Source: a virus
Virus record (IMG/VR): IMGVR_UViG_3300010883_000007
Coordinates: 32,001-96,000 of that record
Reading direction: 5' to 3' (one strand)
DNA length: 64,000 nt
Below, in pieces: positions 58,198 through 64,000 of this stretch (its first letter is position 1; every line of letters begins with the position of its first letter). The notes under the pieces are model-generated. The model worked only from the letters and a program-made list of their open reading frames with translations. It was not told where the DNA came from and did not search any database. Made by a program: the position numbers and the translations under genes.

Positions 58198-58227
58198 ATT
58201 ATACCTCGAGGTACAGCGCTTTATCAC
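58198..58227 (-). promoter_or_regulatory. TATAAT -10 box 6 nt before the nuclease ATG, with adjacent 12-bp palindrome
   Basis: TATAAT at 58198-58203; TACCTCGAGGTA at 58202-58213; no SD. Confidence 0.45.
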
Positions 58228-58239
58228 GTAGCATAAAAA

Positions 58240-59106
58240 TTAAGCTTCGACAAATTTACGTACGTACATTTCAAGATTGATCTGAGGGTCCCAGCCGGTA
58301 GCTTCTCTCATTTCGGTGTAGTCAGCCAATGTAATCCATGCCTCGCCCGGGCGCTTCTGAACGTACTCCACCTCGCCGCCAAACATTGTGGCTAACTCAT
58401 TGATTGAGTAGTTCTCACCTGTTCCCAGCTGAAATATCTCTGAGTTCCACTTGCCATCACCCAGGGTCTTGAATCCCGACACAATATCACTCACGTGTGT
58501 GAAATCGCGGCGCTGTTCGCCTGTTCCTGTGATGGTTAATGGGTTACCATCTGAGTGCTGCTGCTGGAAGACACCCACCACAGTGGCATACGGTCCTGAT
58601 GTTGGCTGTCGATCGCCGTAGACATTGAAAAATCTGGCAATAACTGTGCTAAGTCCGTAGACCTGACTGTATAATTCACATGTACGTTCCCCAGTGTGTT
58701 TGGCGAAAGCGTAGGGATTAAGCATCTCTCCACCGTATGCTGATGAGGATCCCGCATACACAACTTTGGCGTCGGCAGTTCGGGCGAACTCCAAAACATT
58801 CGCGGTGCCCCACGCGTCTATTGAGATATATTTGAGAGGATCCTTGAAGCTCGGCTGGATTCTGGCTAGCGCTGCCAAGTGGTAAATTACATCAAAACCC
58901 TGTGCGGCATCCTGCTGGTATCGGTATGTATTGATGTTCCTTACATCGTCGATCCAGTACGTCACTCCCTCACACTGATAGCTTCGGTTGCTGGACTCAG
59001 AACAAAGGTTGTCCATGACAGTTAGATCGTGGCCCTCCTGTATCAAAGCTTCCACAAGGTGTGAGCCAATAAATCCCAACCCTCCGGTCACTAAAACTCT
59101 AGACAT
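58240..59106 (-). CDS. NAD-dependent nucleotide-sugar epimerase/dehydratase (extended SDR)
   Basis: TGGLGFIGSHL, HLAA, SSS, YAFAK (YxxxK), RFFNVYG, RDFTHVSD. Confidence 0.93.
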   Translation of the reverse strand: MSRVLVTGGLGFIGSHLVEALIQEGHDLTVMDNLCSESSNRSYQCEGVTYWIDDVRNINTYRYQQDAAQGFDVIYHLAALARIQPSFKDPLKYISIDAWGTANVLEFARTADAKVVYAGSSSAYGGEMLNPYAFAKHTGERTCELYSQVYGLSTVIARFFNVYGDRQPTSGPYATVVGVFQQQHSDGNPLTITGTGEQRRDFTHVSDIVSGFKTLGDGKWNSEIFQLGTGENYSINELATMFGGEVEYVQKRPGEAWITLADYTEMREATGWDPQINLEMYVRKFVEA

Positions 59107-59114
59107 GTCTTCTC

Positions 59115-59972
59115 CTAATCATCACTCACTGCTCGGCCGGGCATCTTTTCCCAATCACGATCATCTCGAACTTCATCATTTTTCTCCTTAACTGCCTGGA
59201 GAACTGTCGATTTTAGGCCGCGCTCCGCGAATACTGTTATCATTGCATTCAAGTCCTTGGGAAAGCAGTGTCCGCCGAACCCAAACGATCCGTCTGGACC
59301 TGGGACAGAAAAGTGTGTAGGCCCAAGGCGTTTATCATAAAGCGCATACTCAACCACCTTATCGTAGTCTAAACCGAGGCGGGTGCACAGCTGGTACATC
59401 TCGTTCGAGAACGAGACTTTGGCAGATAGGAAGCAGTTTATAAAGTACTTCACCATCTCCGCATGATCAGAGCTTGTCTTAATGATAGGCACAGCTGGGA
59501 ATGCTTTGCGAAACAGGGTTTTTACTATCGACGATGCGGGTCGAGGCCCACCAACAATTATTCTAGTCTGATTCTTGAAGTCATTGACTGCATTAGCCTC
59601 TGTCAGAAACTCCGGACAGAACACCACTGTTATATCATCGAACTCCTCGTTTAGAGAGCTTGTGGTGCCAGGAGGCACAGTTGATTTGAGGATCACAATT
59701 CGATCCTTGAATTTAAGCTCTCGACACAAGTCGTTTACTTCTTCAACAACGTCTTCAACAATTCTAATGTCACACGATCCATCAGGACGCATAGGTGTTG
59801 GAAGACACACAAAAATAATTCTGCATGTCTCGACTACTTCTCTAAGGGACATGCAATTGCACAGGGCCCGATTAATATCAAATGTTCGTAAATTGTAGAA
59901 GCCTGAAAGGCCTTCGCGAATTGCTCCGCCCACAAATCCCTGACCAACAATTCCTACTGAATTAAGGCTCAT
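59115..59972 (-). CDS. UDP-glucose/GDP-mannose dehydrogenase family protein (short form)
   Basis: GQGFVG, CLPTP, KSTVPPGT, PEFL.E, AEMVKY..N, GFGGHCFPKD; C-terminal UDP-binding domain appears absent. Confidence 0.9.
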   Translation of the reverse strand: MSLNSVGIVGQGFVGGAIREGLSGFYNLRTFDINRALCNCMSLREVVETCRIIFVCLPTPMRPDGSCDIRIVEDVVEEVNDLCRELKFKDRIVILKSTVPPGTTSSLNEEFDDITVVFCPEFLTEANAVNDFKNQTRIIVGGPRPASSIVKTLFRKAFPAVPIIKTSSDHAEMVKYFINCFLSAKVSFSNEMYQLCTRLGLDYDKVVEYALYDKRLGPTHFSVPGPDGSFGFGGHCFPKDLNAMITVFAERGLKSTVLQAVKEKNDEVRDDRDWEKMPGRAVSDD

Positions 59973-60052
59973 CTATTCTACCTCCTAGCATTGCGGCCTG
60001 CAGTGCTGGGTGTAACTGTACCGCGTATTTCTCGAACTTTTAGGTCGTTTCA

Positions 60053-60736
60053 CTAACCAATACACGACCACGTAGCTCCATTAGGTGTCCAGAAGTGGTG
60101 ACACCTCAAATTTGGGTCAAAGACAAAGTGCATACCCAACTCCACTAGAGCAGCTGCCCAGTATCTGTCTTCCTTTCCCGAAAGGTTCTCATCGAAGGGA
60201 AGCTCCTGCCACACGTCTGTCCTGATAAAAGAGAATGCATTGTGGAAGAAAAACCTCCCCTCTGGGTTGTTTATTTCAAGGGGATTTTTGACCCTCTCTT
60301 CAGACAAAAAATTAGTCCACACATACCTGGGTGTCACTTTCTTGCCCCTGTATATGGGAATCTGGCAGCCGAGAACGGCGAAACACCCATTCTCGTCTAG
60401 CGTCTTCGATATCGACTTGGGATCAGTCTGAGTTATCTTACAGTGTGATGATAAGATACCGGTAAACTTCACATCGCGTTGTGTCATGTACATCACTCCC
60501 GCATTGAGGGCTCGTCCCGGTGTGTACACAGTGTCAGGAATGTTTATCACATTAATATCGTAGAACTTTCTCGGAAATAACTGGACTACCTTGAGTGTCT
60601 CATCTGTGGAGTCGTTGTCGACTATTACAATGGGTGTCTTCTTTCCGAAGGTGTCCAAGATAGACTGGATCGCGTAACCTATGTGCCGCTCCTCATTTCT
60701 TGATCGGACAACAAAACCAAACTCAGGTTGTGTCAT
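60053..60736 (-). CDS. Glycosyltransferase, GT2 family
   Basis: VVRSRNEE, IVIVDNDSTDET, ALNAG, PFDENL..KED..W. Confidence 0.85.
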   Translation of the reverse strand: MTQPEFGFVVRSRNEERHIGYAIQSILDTFGKKTPIVIVDNDSTDETLKVVQLFPRKFYDINVINIPDTVYTPGRALNAGVMYMTQRDVKFTGILSSHCKITQTDPKSISKTLDENGCFAVLGCQIPIYRGKKVTPRYVWTNFLSEERVKNPLEINNPEGRFFFHNAFSFIRTDVWQELPFDENLSGKEDRYWAAALVELGMHFVFDPNLRCHHFWTPNGATWSCIG

Positions 60737-61553
60737 TTACCCACCTTCCTCGATAGTTTTCCCGGGAGTCTGACTCACACTTCAAGTAGTTCCTTCCGCT
60801 GTAGTACAGCATCTGCTCTCGGGCCTTGATATACTTGCTTATTTGAGATAGCTCTCCTGGGAGGATTGCAAACTTGTTGTCCCGGCCCGGGAGGTTGTGG
60901 TTGACAGTAAAGTGCTTCTCAATAACCTCAACACCCATCTCCAAACTGGCCAGGGCGTCGAATATTCCCGGGAAGTGACCACTATAGCCCACCCTCTCGT
61001 GGAGATCGCTCAGATCCTTTATCCTCATGAGATTACACCTCTCTGGCAAGCAGGGGTAAGAGGAGACACAGTGAAGGAGTGTAAAGTTCATGTCTGCTTC
61101 AGCTAATGTGTCGCGCGCTTGAATTACCTCGTCCCAGACACAGGAACCTGTAGAGAGGTACACGTGATGTCTGGGATTAGTTCCGAAGACTCTCACAATC
61201 TCATCAATTAATGCTGTATTCGACAACTCAGTACTTGGTACTTTCACTTCATCACAGAGACTTTCCACCATCTCCACACTATCAGTGGAAAAACAGGATG
61301 TCAAGAACTTAACACCATTCTGATTACAGTGATCTCTCAGGAGAATGTGATTTTCCATCGTGAGCTCAGCCTGCTGATAGATTTGTCGGCGGCCGTCTTC
61401 GTCCCAGGGCCCAGGCTTGAGACTCTTTTCTGACCATGTTTGGAATTTCACAGTATCAGCGCCGGCTGCAGCTGCCTCCTGAATCATCGTTTTAGCCAGA
61501 CCCATGTCTCCCATGTGGTTCCAGCCAACCTCAGCAATTAGTTTTACAGTCAT
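60723..61553 (-). CDS. neuB: NeuB-family nonulosonic acid synthase
   Basis: IAEVGWNHMGD, GAD.VKFQT, KVPS, LSTG, LLHCVSSYP, GYSGH, IEKHFT; no C-terminal SAF domain. Confidence 0.9.
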   Translation of the reverse strand: MTVKLIAEVGWNHMGDMGLAKTMIQEAAAAGADTVKFQTWSEKSLKPGPWDEDGRRQIYQQAELTMENHILLRDHCNQNGVKFLTSCFSTDSVEMVESLCDEVKVPSTELSNTALIDEIVRVFGTNPRHHVYLSTGSCVWDEVIQARDTLAEADMNFTLLHCVSSYPCLPERCNLMRIKDLSDLHERVGYSGHFPGIFDALASLEMGVEVIEKHFTVNHNLPGRDNKFAILPGELSQISKYIKAREQMLYYSGRNYLKCESDSRENYRGRWVNDTT

Positions 61554-61586
61554 CCTCTACCTCTCGTTCATCTATATCTTGTTATT

Positions 61587-61615
61587 AGTATACGAAGGAT
61601 GCTTCTCAATGTGAA
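61587..61615 (-). promoter_or_regulatory. Sigma70-type promoter for neuB-like gene
   Basis: TTCACA-17 nt-TATACT in the intergenic gap. Confidence 0.55.
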
Positions 61616-61662
61616 TCAACTTACACCTCCTGAGTATCCCATGGTGTGATTATCGCCTGAAT

Positions 61663-62613
61663 TCATGAAGTTTTATCCGGTGGCCACGATGCGAGCCTTC
61701 GAACGGCGTGATTGTATGCGATGGCCTGGGCGTCTGATGTCGAGCCACCCACATGTGGTGTGATAGTTACCCTATCGTTTCCCAAACTGAGCAGAGGAGA
61801 TTCAAGGGGTCTGGCAAACTCATTCTCCAGGACATCAGTCGCATAGTGGCCGAGATTGCCTGTTTTCAGCCACGCAGTGACAGCATGCTCGTCGACGATT
61901 GCGCCTCTTGATGTATTGATCAGTATGAGATTCTTCCTGCAATTGGAGAGTGTCTCCTTATTAATCATATGGTGTGTCTCGCTGGTCACATGGACATGCA
62001 GGGAGACAATATCACTGGACGCGACTAGATCCTCTAAACTCAGAGACATCTCATAGGGACAATCTGACACGTAGGGATCAGCGATAAGAACCTGGGCCCC
62101 GAATGCACTGCAGTACTTTGCCATCATCTTTCCGAGGCGGCCGTATCCCACAATTCCCACTGTGAGGCAGTTCAGTTGCCTCGCTAGAAAGGGTTCCCAG
62201 GTCCAGGAGCCATCCCTCACAGACTGATTGCCGCAGTTTATCTTTCTCAGAGATGACATCATAAGCGCAAAAGCATGCTCAGCAGTTGACGTAATTCGTT
62301 CCAACACATGCATGTCTCTTGTTATAGAGATAATGTGGATCTTATTTTTCTCACAGAACTCACTGTCTATATGATTAGTTCCCGTAGAAGCTGTACAGAT
62401 AACCCTCACACCTGTCCCACTAAGGATCTCACTCCCAAGAATAAACCCCTGCATGTTAGGGTTGGTAAAGATTACATCACAACCATCACTGAGTAGCGCT
62501 TCTCGGGTTGTTATAGCTGTCGGGTGTGGCAGATAAAATACATCACCTAGCTTATCGAGCCCTGAACGCACGCCCACTATATGATCGATTGGTGTAATAC
62601 AGGCAATTCTCAC
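61663..62613 (-). CDS. D-isomer-specific 2-hydroxyacid dehydrogenase
   Basis: TGTNHID, STAEHA, GIVGYGRLG, SLH, INTSRG, DVLENE, TPHVGG. Confidence 0.92.
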   Translation of the reverse strand: MRIACITPIDHIVGVRSGLDKLGDVFYLPHPTAITTREALLSDGCDVIFTNPNMQGFILGSEILSGTGVRVICTASTGTNHIDSEFCEKNKIHIISITRDMHVLERITSTAEHAFALMMSSLRKINCGNQSVRDGSWTWEPFLARQLNCLTVGIVGYGRLGKMMAKYCSAFGAQVLIADPYVSDCPYEMSLSLEDLVASSDIVSLHVHVTSETHHMINKETLSNCRKNLILINTSRGAIVDEHAVTAWLKTGNLGHYATDVLENEFARPLESPLLSLGNDRVTITPHVGGSTSDAQAIAYNHAVRRLASWPPDKTS

Positions 62614-63302
62614 AGGGATCCCTTTCCCTCGATAACTGCTTGTGCTATGTACAGATCAATTGGCTCGTCTATGTTGATCGATCGTTCTGCGGGCATAACG
62701 TAAGGGCGTGTCACAGGGCCCAGGCGGCGCCCAGTCGATAATAGGGACTCCCGAGTAGATGCGTAGATTGAACCATTCCTGATGTATGCTGGCGGGGACA
62801 AATCCTGGCGGCGGCTCTCCGGTATCTCTGGATAGAAATCCATCAGCCTATCATTCTCAATATACTTCACACGACTGGGGTGCGCGTCCCATACCCTGGA
62901 CACAGACACAACTGAGTCTGATCCTGTGGTCACTAACTTCTTGATCACACTATCGATATCATGGGCTGTCTTGAGGGGATTTGTTGCCATGAGCTCCACA
63001 ATAATTTCGTATTCCTCGAAACATTCTACAACATCGATGAGTGCGGCCGCTGACGTTGTCGTGTCCAGCGCTAACTCATTGGGGCGCTTGTGATAATCGA
63101 TATTGTGATTCCTACAGACGCTAGCAATATTGGTGTCTTCTGTAGACACAATGTACTTGTCAATATACATGCTCTTTTGGACCTCGAGGAAGGTGTAGCA
63201 GATAAGGGGCAGGCCGGCGATAGGAGCGATATTCTTGCTCGGTATTCGCTTAGAGCCACCTCGGGCTAGGGTAACTGCTAGAACTCTCTTTCCGGAAAAC
63301 AC
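62610..63302 (-). CDS. neuA: NeuA/KdsB-family acylneuraminate cytidylyltransferase
   Basis: LARGGSKRIPSKN, VSTED, RP.ELA.D, TNPL, RRQDL, NGSIY, IDEPIDL. Confidence 0.9.
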   Translation of the reverse strand: MFSGKRVLAVTLARGGSKRIPSKNIAPIAGLPLICYTFLEVQKSMYIDKYIVSTEDTNIASVCRNHNIDYHKRPNELALDTTTSAAALIDVVECFEEYEIIVELMATNPLKTAHDIDSVIKKLVTTGSDSVVSVSRVWDAHPSRVKYIENDRLMDFYPEIPESRRQDLSPPAYIRNGSIYASTRESLLSTGRRLGPVTRPYVMPAERSINIDEPIDLYIAQAVIEGKGSL

Positions 63303-63331
63303 TGGTCCATCCTCGACCTTCCTACAAACAA

Positions 63332-63360
63332 ATCATATGAAACTATCGTCAGTTTTACAA
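63332..63360 (-). promoter_or_regulatory. Sigma70-type promoter for neuA-like gene
   Basis: TTGTAA-17 nt-TATGAT in the intergenic gap. Confidence 0.55.
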
Positions 63361-63367
63361 TTAGTTC

Positions 63368-64000
63368 TCAGATCTGATCGAACTGGTCCTTCAGAATAAC
63401 TCTAATCTCTTCTAAGCTGTCAGTACCGAACTTTTGACGATTAGCGCTGAATTTGTGGGTCTCTATAAAAGGCTCTGGGTGGAGGGATTGGATCGTAGCT
63501 GTCTGGTCTGCAAATTTATTCTCTGTATCAAATCGAGACTGTAAGAATATTGCATTATTGGATCTTCCGACGGTGATATTCTCTTGCATCACGTGAACCA
63601 AACGATACCCAAATCTTCCTGTAAGATCTGTTAGGGCTTTGAGGCTCACACCGTAGTTGGATGATCCTGCTGTAAAGATGCCATCCTTGCTGTCATCGGC
63701 TGTGTAACACTTGGTGTACGACTCGTCAAAACTAAATGCTGGATTGAACTCTGCAATTAGTAAGTTCGACAAGTAGTCGGCTTCCAACATTTCTTTCAGG
63801 ACCCAGTAGTCCATATTGTCGATGTCCAGGGAGATGAAGTCCATCCTCTTTGGGCAGCCCAGTGTGGATAAGCAATCGCACACATTTTCCCTAGTAATCC
63901 ATTCTTTAACTACGTGGGCATCGTTGTGCTTATTTTCTCCATCAATTAGAAGCGCTTTTATTTTAATGTTACTCTGCCCTTGTTGGAAAAGGCTGTCAGC
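63368..64000 (-). CDS. FkbM-like SAM-dependent methyltransferase (5' end outside window)
   Basis: Frame is open to the window end; LLIDG...WITRENV...DFISLDIDNMDYWV...IAEFN...YGVSL.AL..L...GY.LV...NAIF. Confidence 0.7.
   Translation of the reverse strand, partial: ADSLFQQGQSNIKIKALLIDGENKHNDAHVVKEWITRENVCDCLSTLGCPKRMDFISLDIDNMDYWVLKEMLEADYLSNLLIAEFNPAFSFDESYTKCYTADDSKDGIFTAGSSNYGVSLKALTDLTGRFGYRLVHVMQENITVGRSNNAIFLQSRFDTENKFADQTATIQSLHPEPFIETHKFSANRQKFGTDSLEEIRVILKDQFDQI

Noticed and set aside
53768-58227. Longer starts given by the ORF track (53890, 56069, 58227; also 19555 and 9125)
   Set aside because: They overlap upstream genes or promoters and lack SD support; downstream starts fit better.
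400-62496. Plus-strand ORFs of 60-160 aa in the six-frame track
   Set aside because: They are antisense shadows of well-supported minus-strand genes, with Ser/Pro-rich composition and no recognisable motifs.
1-64000. Whole-genome stop-codon reassignment
   Set aside because: ORFs over 3000 aa are intact in code 11, coding density is very high, and all three stops terminate genes at sensible positions.
1-64000. tRNA/rRNA genes, integrase, major capsid, sheath and tube genes
   Set aside because: None recognised. Intergenic gaps are mostly too short for RNA genes, and capsid and sheath genes presumably lie outside the window.

Overview
The window is a 64-kb piece of a large T4-like (contractile-tail, 'huge phage' type) bacteriophage genome. 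Every credible gene is on the minus strand, densely packed, and reads in the standard code. In transcription order (right to left) it holds five blocks. (1) A sugar-modification island: FkbM-like methyltransferase, NeuA-like cytidylyltransferase, 2-hydroxyacid dehydrogenase, NeuB-like synthase, GT2, UDP-sugar dehydrogenase, epimerase, a Cas4-like nuclease and two GT4s. (2) A gp55-like sigma factor. (3) A long baseplate/tail block: gp5-like hub/spike, gp25, gp6/J-like and gpI/gp7-like wedge proteins, a DNRLRE-like protein and very large LamG-containing proteins. (4) RuvC, primase and a single-chain Mre11-Rad50 fusion. (5) Terminase, portal, prohead protease, small head proteins, a phage ribosomal protein bS21 and the start of a probable scaffold gene. 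The most striking unexplained structure is a family of about 17 copies of a ~105-160 aa 'ATATITF...GH.G...LTQ..G..GNT.I...FTGG' module. The copies sit in-frame inside loops of other domains in three tail proteins and are repeatedly nested inside one another like Russian dolls, and some distant copies share DNA-level identity. All assignments come from motif recognition by eye; no searches were run, and module boundaries are approximate.
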